64,000 bases of DNA from Tubiluchus corallicola (GCA_030141605.1 JAQGDQ010000338.1:1-64000); one strand, 5' to 3'. Counted from the first letter of the stretch, positions 24,934 through 39,286 are shown. The notes: generated by a model from the sequence alone, not told the origin. Numbers and translations are program-made.

Positions 24934-26871
24934 CTGGATGGAGCTGAAATAATTGGCCTACCTTCATCACAGCTTGATTGCCAGGTGTTAACCTTAAAAT
25001 TGGACATTGAGCAATTCTAATGATCTCACTGGTTATTTTCATGCATGATCTCTTTTCTCTATTGTTCACTGCATCATGTGCAGCTGCTGTCTTTAGTTTG
25101 CTCAGTAGTCTAGTGTCACAGCACTATCGGCTGATCAAGATTTCATATAATTAATAATTCAACTAATCGTGAAGAGGTTTACTGAATAATTCCTGCTGTT
25201 ATATCCAATATGCACAATCTTCATATTACTGTGTCAACGTGCCTTGTGCATTCCAAGTAGTTTCCTAAATCATAGTTTAATGGTGTAATTAAAGCCACAA
25301 CACGAAGAAGCTGTACCTGAATTGTTCTATAAGGACTCACTGAAGTTTTTATTAAACTACACACTGAGAACTAAATAAGGATCAAGTATATATATTTACG
25401 TAATGCTTCAGTTTGCCTCAGGTGACAAGGTGCATCTGTTAAAGTATTTCGTGCTCACATTTGTTGCATTAACTGTGATGTCTAGGGTAATAATAAGCTG
25501 CTTTTAATAAATGTGCCTGTGATAGATTTATATTTAAAACATTTAAACATGGAGTTGTTTAGTACTTCCAGTGTGATATTATTATGATATTTTTGCGATT
25601 ATAAGTGTACTTTGTGTACAATTATGCCTGATTATGTATGCCGGCTACAGGGTATGCTTTATTTTCACCTTGGCAGGGAATAATCAACTGTAGCTCAAGC
25701 TGGATTTTAGATGATATAATTATTTTTAGCTTACTGTATGTGCAATTGTTCGTTTACTTTAAGTGCTGGTAATTAATGAATGTTAGTAATGGTTTTTAAT
25801 CTTTGTTAACAAAGAAAGATTAAGAGTTTTCTCAAAGGATATGCTTTATTTATAAATCAGATAAGGATAATGTTTTCTAAAATTTTAGTAACTGGGCATT
25901 AATGAAGCTTTTCAACTATATGCATATGTAATTAAGCCCTTCATATATAAATTATTAGGTCTATTCACTGTCTGCTACAATTACTCACATGTAAAGATTC
26001 TGTACTATCCTGTTTAAGTATATGTAAATACAGTCATTGCACACTAACTGAGTGGGCACGTATTTTTAACTTTAAGCGGTGTGACTTTATTAATAATAAT
26101 TATTAAATTTTACAAAATATCTGCTTTGTGTTTTACAACAAGAGTTCTTGACAAAATGGAAGACACTAATTTGACTAGCAAAGTTAAACCTGATCAGACC
26201 AGTTGATTTCAATTCCGCGAAGTGCAAGGTCCATAATTAAACTAAACAACGCATTTCGCCTGCAGTACAGCAGGTCAGTACATGATGACTGCACACAACA
26301 AAGCTATTTTTATTTTGCTTGAGGGTAAACTGCAGAATTGTAGCTTTTGTGTTCCGATCTGATGATGTTCAGCCATGTACCCGCTACTGTTTTGCAGAAG
26401 ACTGCATTCAGCTCATTGGGGCATTTCATCCGCGTGCTGCCATCTATTAAGCATACTGGTAGTATTTATACAACCAGTTGCGCAAACAAAGTTGTAGTTA
26501 CTATAATTATTTATGAAGAGGCAAAAAATTACTCGCTTGTGAGAAATTGAAAATTTTGTTTTGTCTTCAGTAACTTGATGTAGATAGATGGCGTTGTGCG
26601 CAACGTTACTTTAGTTAGAATTGAAATAACTGAGCAAACCGAAACCGAGGCAACGGTGAAACTGGAAACGGTTCTTCCTTATAATTGTTTTGATAGACAA
26701 GCACTCACTCTCTTCGGCGCATTTTATGTTAGCTTTATGGCGTATTATAATAATGGTGTGAGAAAGAATCCACTTTAAATTTATTTTCAGATACTGTGAG
26801 GGTGTTTAGGCGCTTTTTTCTATCAGCGTTGGAAAATTTGTAGTAGAAAGTTACCACCTCAAATTCTCAAG

Positions 26872-27793
26872 CTGTAGTTGTAGCAGTAGCTGTAATTGTA
26901 GCTGTGGTTGTAGTTGTAGCTGTAGTTGTAGCTGTGGTTGTAGTTGTAGATGTAGCTGTAGTTGCAGTTGTACTTGTAGTTGTAGTTGTAATAGTAGTTG
27001 TAGTTGTAGCTGTAGTTGTAGCAGTAGCTGTAATTGTAGCTGTGGTTGTAGTTGTAGCTGTAGTTGTAGCTGTGGTTGTAGTTGTAGCTGTAGTTGTAGC
27101 TGTGGTTGTAGTTGTAGATGTAGCTGTAGTTGCAGTTGTACTTGTAGCTGTAGTTGTAGTTGTAGTTGTAGCAGTAGCTGTAATTGTAGTTGTAGCTGTA
27201 ATTGTAGCTGTGGTTGTAGTTGTAGCTGTAGTTGTAGCTGTGGTTGTAGTTGTAGCTGTAGTTGTAGCTGTAGTTGCAGTTGTAGCTGTAGTTGTAGCTG
27301 TGGTTGTAGTTGTAGATGTAGCTGTAGTTGCAGTTGTACTTGTAATTGTAGTTGTAATAGTAGTTGTAGTTGTAGTTGTAGTTGTAGCAGTAACTAGTAG
27401 CTGTGGTTGTAGTTGTAGCTGTAGTTGTAGCTGTGGTTGTAGTTGTAGATGTAGCTTGCAGTTGTAGCTTGTAATTGTAGTTGTAAAGTTGTAGTTGTAG
27501 CTGTAGTTGTACAGTAGCTGGAATTGTAGTTGTATGGTTGTAGTTGTAGCTGTAGTTGTAGCTGTGGTTGTAGTTGTAATTGTAGTTGTAATAGTAGTTG
27601 TAGTTGTAGCTGTAGTTGTAGCAGTAGCTGTAATTGTAGCTGTGGTTGTAGTTGTAGCTGTAGTTGTAGCTGTGGTTGTAGTTGTAGATGTAGCTGTAAT
27701 TGTAGCTGTAGTTGTAGTTGTAATTGTAGTTGTAATAGTAGTTGTAGTTGTAGCTGTAGTTGTAGTTGTAGCTGTAGTTGTAGCTGTAGTTGT
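26872..27793. repeat. Imperfect (GTAGTT/GTAGCT)n tandem array
   Basis: Directly visible; produces poly-V/A and CS-repeat pseudo-ORFs. Confidence 0.95.
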
Positions 27794-28350
27794 AGGCCCT
27801 GTAATCCTTAAGGTACGGAAAAAATGGAAAACTAAGAAAAGTAGGCCGAAATTAACTGTTATACATACTAATTAAATTTATGTAAATTCGCATTTGGTCT
27901 AGAAACACTAATTATTACAAGATAAATTGTGATGGGAAAGAGCGCTAGCTCTAGAAAATCTTTTTTTATAACAAACTTATTTATGAAAGTGGTGCTGTCG
28001 AGTTTCGCAACGTTTCCCGTAAAACAGCAGCTGTAAGAGGAGTGGCAGTTTCAATAGTTAGTTCAGTTATGACTCCGCTTTTCTCAAAAACTGCTTAGCT
28101 ATTTTTAACTTCTATTAGCTATCAGTTTTCTAAGAAAAACATCAGACCTTAAACAGCCCTGTAGGGATTGCCATCAGTGCAATTTATAACACGAAGGACG
28201 CAAAATTATCAAAACGTTATGAGACTATATGATTGTAGAAATAATATTGATAGGATAATATAAAATTTCAGAAAAAATCAAGTAAATCATCGATGCAAAA
28301 AATTTGAGAAACAAGAAAATTAGGAGTAACATACATGTTTAGCATTATAC

Positions 28351-28620
<270 letters not shown>

Positions 28621-29449
28621 TGTGTTTTTGTTTCTTTAACAACTCACAGACGCACAGGTCTAAGGTCGAGACACTCACACGGCACACTCCCCAGGTAGAG
28701 GGAATTACATTTGCACGTGATCCATTACTTCCGGGTCAAAGGTCACGGAGCGGGCTGTATACATATAGTTAACTATTTTGAGAATCGATTTTTATTTGTA
28801 AAAACGGCACAAAAAATATCACATAAAGCATCTCCTGTCAGGGAAGCAGAATCCTACCACAGTTTATGACAGGGTCAAAAACTCTCACTTCTTGTAATAT
28901 TATTATCTCTGGTCAAACTGATATTCTTTTTTGAACCACAAACCATAATATTGCGAATTTCTTACAGAGCGACTACTTCTTATGATAAACCGGTGAATGT
29001 TTCCGTTTTTATACCGGCACTTCGTGTAAAGAGAATTAAAGCAAGATGTTTTGAACTTCGTTTATTTGTACGTGTAGTCTTACAACGACTGCAAAACATC
29101 GTTACGTCAAAAATTTTTTGTCGGAATATTCACAAGAAAAGGTTTTGCGTCTCGAAAGCAAACTACATACTTTGAGGAGCATGAAAGCTTTTTTTATGAA
29201 AACGTGTGTCTCAAATGTTAATCCTACAATTCTCAACTTTCACTAAGCACCGGCTTAGGTTACTCATAGTAATTACTGCAAGATGTGCTAATCAAGATTA
29301 TATTTTTTTAAATATTTTTTTTATTTATGTGGAAGCAAACATTTTGGGATATAGTTCTTGCAGCTTTATACAGCCAGTTGTAATTGCAATGCATCTTAAT
29401 TCGTTCGATTCTGAGTTATGAAAGTGTTTGTTTCTCATTTGTTTGTTCG

Positions 29450-29710
29450 TTCGTCAATCAGTCAATCAATCATTCATTCGTTCGTTCGTTCGTTCGTTCG
29501 TTCGTTCGTTCGTTCGTTCGTTCGTTCATTCATTCGTTCATTCATTCATTCATTCATTCATTCATTCATTTATTCATTCATTCATTCATTCATTCATTCA
29601 TTCATTCATTTATTCATTTATTCATTTATTCATTCATTCATTCATTCGTTCGTTCGTTCTTTCGTTCATTCGTTCATTCATTCACTCACTCACTCATTCA
29701 TTCATCATTC
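29450..29710. repeat. (TTCG)n/(TTCA)n tetranucleotide array
   Basis: Directly visible. Confidence 0.95.
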
Positions 29711-29847
29711 ACATCTCATGCGCTCACAACTAAACTACCAATCTCATTCAAAATCGTTGCAAGCACTGTAATTGATTTACTCAATAGGATGGATTGAAAT
29801 AAATTTTATTATTTAGGATTATTAATTTGCTTACTGTTTAATGTTCT

Positions 29848-30546
29848 ACCGGGCGGCGCAGAAAAACGTGTGTGGAAGTTTACAGACTACAATAACGCTA
29901 ACAGTAAGTGCTTCGCAAAGTTGAAATGATACAGGATGATACTACAATTCATTAGTTTTTGGTTGTGAAAGCCAAAGGTTTATAGTTTAATTTGTTTTTA
30001 ATTAATGCCCGAAAAATTTTGAAATGTTAAAGATTTAAATACCGGAACAGTGTCAGCTAATCATCAATTGAAAAACAGCCACGGTGACGTGTAAAACACT
30101 CAACAGATGGCAGCAAAACAATAAAGAAATCGTCATTCTTACATTACGGTCTTCATCACAGAAAATAAAATATCGACAAAGATCTGTTGTCAAGAAAAAA
30201 TGGAGCTTTATCTTATGAGCTGCTGAATCTCGAATTCGCAGACAAACTGTACGACAGACAGACCTTGGAAGTGAGGGCAGGAATTATTAAGTGCTGGGAC
30301 AAAATGACCCTTGAAGTGAGAAACTGTGTCAGCTGTTGCAAGAGATTCCTTCGTGAACTTTCCAGGAAAATGGTAGACGCATAGAAGAGTATTTGCTGGA
30401 AATTTAAACTTTACTGATACAAAATCTTTTTTCTGGTATTCCTTTTTTGACTCCTTTAATTGAAACTTCTGTTTTTTTTTATATTTTTGCGGTTTACACA
30501 AATGGGTGTGTGACATCAATACGGTAATTTTGAAGCGACTCCGTAC
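29848..30546 (+). mobile_element. Degenerate Tc1/mariner-type remnant
   Basis: 30260-30390 reads IIKCWDKM...KRFL, then (frameshift) QENGRRIEE, resembling a Tc1/mariner transposase C-terminus. Ends are weakly TA-bounded. Confidence 0.35.
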
Positions 30547-30619
30547 TTTTTCTATATCATTGTTAGGCCATGTTTAACTTGCTTTTTAACTAACTAATTT
30601 TAGTGCGCATTGTCGGTGA

Positions 30620-30930
30620 CCGTTAACAGGAAAAAGTCACAATTTCGGCTATGAAAAGTCACAGGGGAAAAGTCACAATTTTAGCTATGAAAGTCACAGA
30701 AAAGAAATCACAATTTTGGCTATGAAAGTCACAGGAAAAAGTCACAAGTTTGATTATGAAAAGTCACAGGGAAAAAGTCACAATTTTGGCTACGAAAAGT
30801 CCCAGGAAAAAGACATAATTTTGGCTGTGAAAAAAGTCACAATTAATTTTGGCTAAGGTTAGGGTTAGGGATATGGTTAGGGTTATTTCTTTCTTCCTGT
30901 GCTTTCTTCCCATGACCTTGTGACCTGGAT
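30620..30930. mobile_element. Short non-autonomous element with AAAAGTCACAGG subterminal repeats and a GGTTAGGG core
   Basis: Tandem AAAAGTCACA units on the left, inverted TGTGAC/CCTGTG units on the right; related copy at 32850-33172. Confidence 0.55.
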
Positions 30931-31271
30931 TCGCATCGTCACTACAAATTCAGAAATTTTTTTATTGATTTATTGGGTACACGTAATAAACTCGCAGAAC
31001 TGCACAAAAAGGAAAGTTTTTACTGCGCAGTGATCGAGAGCGCCTTACAGAAAAGGGAGACCTGAAGTATAGGTTTCAGAAAAATCGTCTTATATTACTT
31101 TGTAGCAATTTTGTGCATTAAGTCTATATCGTACTCGAGTTAAAACGAATTTTAGTTTGTTTTCATTTTAAATCTCCCGAAATACTATTCCGCCATTACA
31201 TGACGTCACCTACGGAAACGTAAATCAAGGAAAGAAAGCGAAATGTTAAATTATGTCTAAAACAACTTACT

Positions 31272-31570
31272 GTGCAAATCTATATTACTTAGATGATGAT
31301 GGTGATGATGACGATAATGATGCTAATGATAACGATGATGATGATAACGACGACGACGATGGTGATGATGATAATGATGATGATGTTGATGATGATAATG
31401 ATAACGATGATTATGACGATGACGATGATAATGATGATGATAGCGATGTTGGTGAAGATGATGATGATTGATGATGACGATGATGATGATAATGATAACG
31501 ATGAATATGACGATGACGATGATGATGATGATGACGAGGAGGAGGTGGAAAAGGACGACAAAAACGACGA
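31272..31570. repeat. Imperfect (GAT)n array interrupting a family B MITE remnant (31050-31260, 31600-31680)
   Basis: Directly visible; left flank AAAAGGGAGACCTGAAGTA.AGGTTTCAGAAAA matches family B. Confidence 0.85.
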
Positions 31571-32066
31571 TCGTTAAGCTTCCCATCGCGAATGTAAATA
31601 CATGTAGTAGAGTTCTATTTTACCATAAAGATTTCATGTTTGTTTAACAAATTAATGAGACTCGTTTCAAATAGACGTACATGCTGTTTTCAATTTTTTA
31701 TAAGCATAAATATTTTTTATTTGATTTTGAATAGACCTGCTCCCACTAATGTCGCAATCACCATTGTACCTACTACTTAATGACTACAGCCTAGGATGAC
31801 TAGCGTAATAACTTACCCTATATTTACATGACATAAATTAACCCTAATGACTGACTGACTGCTATGAACATTTCTGTTTTTCTGGAAACGTAAAATTGTT
31901 TATGAAAAGCCGTTAAATTTATTGTCGTGCTGCACTTGAGTTAAGTTTAGCTCTGTAACTCTTTCAGTAAACACGGCTCAACGCTCAGAAATCGACATCA
32001 ATCAGCAGAATAGTACACGCGTCCGATAATAGATGGCGCTGCGACCCATTCTCGTACTGCTCACAG

Positions 32067-32619
32067 CAAGGATGGCAGCACACTACGGTACGTTAAAAAT
32101 ATCGTACCGTAATTTCGTACCAAGTTCATGTAGGATCTACTATAAAAAGATAAAAAGTGGCATGAAAATTAATTGTAAAAACGATCAGTTTATCAATTAT
32201 TGTTATGAATTTATGCATACAGAACTTCTGTTTGAACTTCCGCACTACATATTTTAGATTATAAAAGCTACACAATACAGGCTGCGCTATTATATTACAT
32301 ACAAAAGCTGTCCGATGATAAAAATTATAAGCACAAGATGAAATGACAACTCCAGCTTCCAAACAATTTCTGGCTTTGCAGTTTGCACTCGAAAGGAACC
32401 ACTTTAGGGGTTTTGTTTGCATGTGCTCTGTGTTAATTAGGGGAGAGAATAAGTCTCACATAGTAGCAAAATAAGTCGTCACACCGAGTTGTTGACCAAT
32501 AGGAACGTTACAAGAAACTGGGAATAAATGGTACGGAAAAGGTAAGAAAAAATACCGTACCGCAATTTCGTACCGTACATTTAAGCATGTTTTCGTATCG
32601 TACTTTCCTGCCAGCATTG
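32067..32619. mobile_element. hAT-like MITE with CGTAC subterminal repeats
   Basis: CAAGGATGGCAG / CTGCCAGCATTG imperfect TIR, GGTACG/CGTACC motifs near both ends, TSD matches only 5/8. Confidence 0.45.
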
Positions 32620-32849
32620 CAGCACAGTATAAATCCTATAACCACTAATGCTACGCTCGCTAGTTGCTATAATAATCTTTCCTAACCTTTTGAAATTTAT
32701 AGCGTGAACCTCGTAGATCAACCCTATAATGGGCATGTAATTTTCTAACAATAATCGACATAATTTTGGGTTGTTTAGAAGTCACAGATCAAACACAGAA
32801 CTTTGTGAAAGATTTTTGGACCATGGTTGGAGTATCGTGCGGTAACAAA

Positions 32850-33175
32850 TTTACAAGAAAAAAGTCACGGAAAGAATCCATGAGGAAAAAGTGACAAATA
32901 ATTTTGGCTAGGGTTCGGGTTAAGATTGCGGTTATTTCTTTTTTCCTGCGGCTCTTTGTAACTTTTTTCTGTAACTTTTTCACCTGTGACCTTTTTACCT
33001 GTGACTTTTTTACCCTGTGACTTTTTTACCTGTGAGTTTTCACCTGTGACTTTTTACCTGTGACTTTTTTATCCTGCGACTTTTTTACCTGTGACATTTT
33101 TACCTGTGACATTTTTACCTGTGACATTTTTACCTGTGACTTTTTTACCCTGTGACTTTTTTACCTGTGACTGCG

Positions 33176-33258
<83 letters not shown>
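32850..33258. repeat. Second GTCACAGG-family element with an expanded (TTTTTACCTGTGAC)n arm, followed by (TAC)n
   Basis: Directly visible; (TAC)n at 33176-33258. Confidence 0.8.
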
Positions 33259-33260
<2 letters not shown>

Positions 33261-34325
33261 TTGTTTGCTTTTTTGCAGTTTCGTAAAACTCTAACATCTC
33301 GGGCATGTTTAGCTAAAACAAAGTCTGCACTCAGTAAGATCCACAGCAAAGCTAGCATGCACCAGGGCGGAACTAGTAAATGACAATGGGACTCTGCTCC
33401 CTCAAGACTTATTTTTACCAATAGTTTTCTCTGGGGCAGCAAACATAATACAATCTCACTCTACTGACAACCTACACAGCAGTCTCAAGAGTTAAGCGGA
33501 AATTCATCTGACTAGACCATCATTCTATGCCTGCAGGCTTAAAATGTCATTACCGCTTCCGATGTCGTCACCGTTGTTGCCGTCCTGTCGCTATTTGTAT
33601 CTTTCTATGTCTGCTCTTTCATTTGAACTCATCGTTCGAGTTTGTGTTTAGTCTTTTTTCCAAGGCAAATGTTGTCAATGTTTACTTTTAACCCGCCGGT
33701 TTACACCAACAAAGCACAAAGTCATCCTCCAAGACGCCCGGAGCCAAGATCTATTCCTTATTGTATCACCAAACAGTCGCTCTGTCCCAGATGAATGCTG
33801 AAAAAGCAATTTGTGCTCATTGGCAGAAATCAGCTTGCAAATTAGCTCCATAGAAAGGTTGTGTCAACATCTTTGCACAAAAAATACACAATAATTCCTG
33901 GGTCATAGGAATGTGTGTTACCATGACAGACGGAGGATACAATCAGGCCTCTTGTTTGTCCACAACTTACTTAGATGTTAGCTTAGCCGTTAAAATTGTG
34001 TCTTCAGGGAGCGTCCATTCTAACCAGTGAAAATTCACGGAAATCAACACCCACTCTTCACACATTATTTAAATAGTGGGGCTGAAAATTTGAATAATGT
34101 CGAGCATTTTATATAGACTGATAAACGAAAGTTGAACGAGGGTTCTGTAGTGCTGTAAGTTGAGGTGCTTTCCAGCGCGGAGCTAGAACTTCCCCCTGCA
34201 GAGCGCAGATAAACCACGCATTGATAGTCACATGTTTGGGGAAATCGGACAGTATAGCTGAAGAAAGTGGAAGGTTGAAGTGTCTCTGTGCTCCGGTGTG
34301 TGATGTGCGTGCGTACGATATGCGT

Positions 34326-34880
34326 GTTTCTACTCAATGAATTATGAACAGTGACAAGTGTTACATATTACAGTAAGTAACATTCTACTCAATGAATTAT
34401 GAATAGTGACAAGTGTTACATATTACAGTAAGTAACATTTTTCTCAATGAATTATGAATAGTGACAAGTGTTACATATTACAGTAAGTAACATTTTGCTC
34501 AATGAATTATGAATAGTGACAAGTGTTACATATTACAGTAAGTAACATTCTACTCAATGAATTATGAACAGTGACAAGTGTTACATATTACAGTAAGTAA
34601 CATTTTTCTCAATGAATTATGAATAGTGACAAGTGTTACATATTACAGTAAGTAACATTTTGCTCAATGAATTATGAATAGTGACAAGTGTTACATATTA
34701 CAGTAAGTAACATTTTGCTCAATGAATTATGAATAGTGACAAGTGTTACATATTACAGTAAGTAACATTTTGCTCAATGAATTATGAATAGTGACAAGTG
34801 TTACATATTACAGTAAGTAACATTTTGCTCAATGAATTATGAATAGTGACAAGTGTTACATATTACAATAAGTAACCTTT
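34326..34880. repeat. 55-bp minisatellite, 10 copies
   Basis: CTCAATGAATTATGAATAGTGACAAGTGTTACATATTACAGTAAGTAACATTTTG recurs at 34333, 34388, 34443 ... 34828. Confidence 0.97.
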
Positions 34881-36200
34881 TTGATTTTGTCAATTGCAGT
34901 AATTTTATTTACGCGCGGTTTTTTTACTTCATCGCAAAACAACTTGGTTAGTTTTGTGTTTATTGTGCGCGCAAGCAGGGCCAGAATACGACCTCTTGGG
35001 GTCCCTAGGCTAATGAGATTATGTGGGCTCTTCCGACGGAGCCATCCTCCAACTCATCCTCACCCGTCTTGAATATTTTTTATTCGTGATATTGAAGTAA
35101 TCTTATTGCAAATTATTTAGAATAAACTAGAATAACTGTAATGTAGTAGTATTTTATTTCGTCACAAAACAACTTGCTTGGTTTTTGAATTTATTGTGCC
35201 TGCAATCAGAGCCAGATTACGACCTCTTCGGACGAATAGACAAATGAAATTGTGTGGGCTCTTCCGACGGAGCCAGTCTCCAGCTTGCCTCTACCCGTCT
35301 TGAATATTTTTTACTCGTGATATTGAAGTAAACTTGTTGCAAATTATTATAGAATAACTATAATATAGCAGTAACTAACATTTTGATTTTGTCAGTTGGA
35401 GTAAATTTGTTCACGCGCTGTGGTATCGCATCGTAAGACAGTTTGGCTTAGTTTTCGAATGTTTTGTGCCTGCAATCAGAGCCAAATGACGACATTTTGG
35501 GTCCTTTGGGTAATGAATTTCTGTGGGCCCCTCAGACGGATTATTCTTTCCAATTTAAATCCTTCCCGTTTTTTTTATAAATACTGCGATTTTTTTTCCA
35601 GAGGGAATAACAAACAATCAGGGCCGCATTATACCCTTTTGGGGCCTTTAGTCTCATGAAATTGTTGGCGCCCCTGAGACGGAGCCGCCCTCTAACTGCC
35701 TTGCACCCCCTGAGACGGAGCCGCCCTCTAACTGCCTTGCACCCCCTCAGATGGAGCCGCCCTCTAGCTTGAATTGAATTATGAATTTATTCCACAGCAA
35801 CACAAACATACATGCAAATTGTTATTACATTGAAAAAATTAAATTAAACGAGTTACTGTGAGGAGGAGGAAGGATCATTGAGCTTTCGAGTCCTCCTCCA
35901 GATAAGTGAAACAATTGACAATTAACATTGCATAGTATTTTCATCAGTTATAATGTACATTAGAACAAAATAAGTTTTGTTAGTAAATTAAGATCAGGAT
36001 GAGTAAAATTGTGAGTTAATTATACCCGTTGTAGTAAGTAATTTTTTGATGCTTTTTTAGAGCTCGCACCCGTCTTCAATACTTTTTACTCGTAATGTTG
36101 ATGTATAGTTATTACATATTATTTAGAATAAATTAGAATAGCTGTAACGTAGCAGTAGTAGTTGTCGTGTTTACTATTTTGTTTTGTCAACACAAGTATT
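34880..36200. repeat. Degenerate ~240-260-bp tandem units with an internal 36-bp x3 repeat (35671-35768) and a probable inserted LINE tail (35770-36060, -)
   Basis: Recurrent AG(G/A)GCCAGA.TACGAC, TGTGGGC.C...GACGGAGCC and CCCGTCTT.AATA blocks. Confidence 0.6.
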
Positions 36201-36695
36201 ATTTAAGAAATACAACCACATTATGTTCCAAACCAATTTAAGACATATTTCAACACAACAGCAGTGAAAAATATAGATTTTCTTTACCAAATGTTACCAA
36301 AGCTTGAGGGCTTCCAAGCTTGAGGAGCCCTAGACTGTAGCCTTCACTAGCTTATAGGATATCCAAGCTCTTATTTTGAATACATTTGTGAATACATACA
36401 TGTACATACACACTTCATACATGCATACGTACAAACAAACAAAGAAGCAATTATATAAATACGTAAAAATTGCACAGAAAGTTTGTAATGAAATTACCTG
36501 ACCTTAACTCCACGACAGGTTTTAATTATTAAACAGCGATAATTGAAATTAGTAAATCAAACGGTTTATATGAAATCAAGAGTCGCAACGTTTAATTTAC
36601 TGGAGGAACTTGGAAGATGCTGGAAAATTGATAATCAACCAGGATTCAAGTCCATTTCCAGCTGTGTGACATTACCCATCTATTCTTCCGTACGT

Positions 36696-36768
36696 GAGTT
36701 GATAGCTGATTTGCGATAGCATTCGCCCTGTAACCCGAATGATCCGGTTTCGAATTCTAGTTAACTCA
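36696..36768 (+). pseudogene. tRNA-like sequence (pseudogene or SINE head; GTA in the anticodon loop)
   Basis: 73 nt. Acceptor stem GAGTTGA/TTAACTC, D-stem GCTG/TAGC, TTCGAAT T-loop, downstream T5. Anticodon and T stems are mismatched. Confidence 0.5.
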
Positions 36769-37085
36769 CAGTTTTTCAGTGTTCTAAGTCCTTCAATTAA
36801 TTAGTCATTAGCAATTAATAATTATTAATTAGTAATTAATTGTAGATTTCATATAAACATTTACAGGGCTCTTTTAAATTTAAACTAGATGAGATACACC
36901 CCCCCCCGTAGACCCTCGCCACCCACGGTCTATGTTTTGTAATAGTGTTACTATTGGTCATTTTCCACTTTAATACTTTTATTTTTGCATTAATCAGTAA
37001 TTGCTGAATTTCACTGCTTTGCATAAGAATAAGTTATTAATTTGAGACAAAAAATATCAGAACAATCTACTTTTTAAAATATTGA

Positions 37086-37622
37086 AAGGAAACACACTAT
37101 TTTTTCAAAAACGACTTACATGAAAGAATTGTCACAAAGGTAATTTTACGTTCGCGCCACTAGTTCTTCGCTGTTACATGCATTTCGTCATTCGCTAGTT
37201 AGATGGGCACTAACGCCTGCATTTCGGAAACACGTTGCACAAAAACAGGTGCTGTACCTCTCAGTTAAGATGTGTTATTTTGTAACGAACTACACACGTT
37301 CGACAGCTCAAGCGTGAGCACAGCAGTAAATTTGAATTTTTATCTTAAAACTTGCCTAGTTTTAGTACAACACACTGAATATCTTACAGTAGCATTGTAC
37401 TTCCGTTTTCGCTTTCGCGAACACGTACAACGCGCTCGTGGAATATTTTTGCTGTTGAAAATTATGTTAGTTTGTGATGTCACCAATAGTTGAACTCGCC
37501 CGTCGTTAATAAAGTTTTCAATCTATTATTTAAATATCAGAAACGCTTTTGCTTGTGTTAAAATGCGTATTTTTATCGGCCTTGAAAATGGGGTGGTATA
37601 TGAAAAATCATCCAGTCCTCGT
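37086..37622 (+). mobile_element. MITE family C (Kolobok-like ends)
   Basis: Reverse-oriented homologues at 44628-45181 and 63690-64000; explains the similar ORFs at 37272, 44806 and 63601. Confidence 0.7.
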
Positions 37623-38659
37623 TTAAGTTATAACAATTTTTTCTTAAAGGTTTTACATGCTTTGTCTCAGCAATTCTTGTTCATCGTGTGGGCAGCTTTA
37701 TCTTGGTGTTGAAGTCTATTAAACAATTAAGGGCAGTAATTATTTTCCACCCAAGTTAAGTCAACTGTCACTTTGAGGAACGAAGATGTTCAATTTTATA
37801 AACTTCCTGCTTACAAACTGCTTTTCAAGTATGTTTCGCTGTCAAGCCAAGTAGCTAACAAGATCGCACCTGCAGGCAAGATACTTTACCGCACATCCAC
37901 TTTATAAGTAGATTTTTTTTTGGGAAGAATGGACATTTCCTGGTACATTTTAGTAAAGCTTGAGAAACTTATCAGTCAGAACAATTTGCTTTTCACAGAT
38001 TCGTTGTGTGCGCACGCGCAGTTGCTGTAGGAGTGTAGGTCAAAGGCTAACTGTATCACAGCAACTCGCATTAACTACAACCGTCACGTGACGTGTGTAA
38101 AGCAAAGCCGTTTGTTCCGTCAGTTCAGTAACTTCACTTAACTATGCATTAGTCTGTGTGTAGAGTGATTTACTAGTAGGATCTTGCTTGGGTACAAAAA
38201 AAATGAACTAGGTAAAGTTCTAGCTAGCCGTTAAAACTGTTACTATTACAACAGCACGGGCTGCAAGGCGTTGACAAGTGTACACAAATGCGTTGTCTGG
38301 TACACTTAACTTTTGACCTTTTCACGATCATGATCAATCACTGGAACTGTGAAAAGGCTTATTTCATGAAAATGTTCACTTAGATTAAAATGTATGTGTC
38401 AAGAACTGTTTGCAAAGGTACAGTAATTTAAGTGACAGGCTTTCAGTCACTTCTTGCTAACGAAGTTGAGTCTTGTGATGTTGCACTGTGCCTTAGTGTC
38501 AAGTGTGTTACACTCACTATTCAGGGAATTGATACAAAACGAGCTAGGATAGGTTTTCTCTTTCTCTCTGACAGCTTAATTTATTTCTGCAAAGTTTTTG
38601 AAATGCTGAATGTTCTTCAGTACCAAAGTTCAATGTTATCACTTGTGAATTAAGTTTTG

Positions 38660-38896
38660 TTGATAATGATGATGATGATGATGACGATTTTGACGACGAC
38701 GACGATGATGATGGTGGTGGTAGTGATGATGATGCTAATGATAACGATGATGATGATGACGGCAACGACGATGATGATAATCATGATAATGGTGATGATA
38801 GCGATGATGATGAAGTTGGTGATGATTGATGATGATGATAATGATAACGATGATTATGATGATGATGATGATGATGATAATGATGATGAAGATGAT
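38660..38896. repeat. Imperfect (GAT)n array
   Basis: Directly visible. Confidence 0.95.
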
Positions 38897-39286
38897 TAAT
38901 ATTGTAAATTAAATGTATTAATTTTCTTATGATGACCTTCATGTGACCTTTACAACTTTGAAAGTCGACTTGGAACTTGGGAGCTATAATTAGACTAATT
39001 ACTGCCTAAGAATACTGCTATTGCTGGAGATCCAAAAATTACTAATAAATAATAGAATATCAAATAAACAGCGGCTAACCGTTAGCTTTTTTCGGTACGT
39101 TCATATTAAAGCAGAAGAAAAATTCTTTACTACATCAAGCTTAAAAAATTCGTCTTAAAAATTTGATTACTTACATGCTGCCTTTTTGCATTTAGAACTT
39201 GCTTTATTTCATATCATATTGCTACAGATCTTAAATGAACTGCGGTTTGTTTTTCATAGACCGTCGTGACAACTTGAACTGTTGAC

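Noticed and set aside
26904-27875. Poly-Val/Ala and Cys-Ser (metallothionein-like) ORFs
   Set aside because: These are translations of a hexamer microsatellite with no splice or start context.
28732-28744. Perfect DR1 element GGGTCAAAGGTCA
   Set aside because: TGACCT-type words recur across the window (18201, 20450, 38933, 45208), so one site cannot be called functional from sequence alone.
34326-34880. CRISPR-like array (also considered for the 27- and 81-bp arrays)
   Set aside because: The units are contiguous with no unique spacers, the context is eukaryotic and no cas genes are present.
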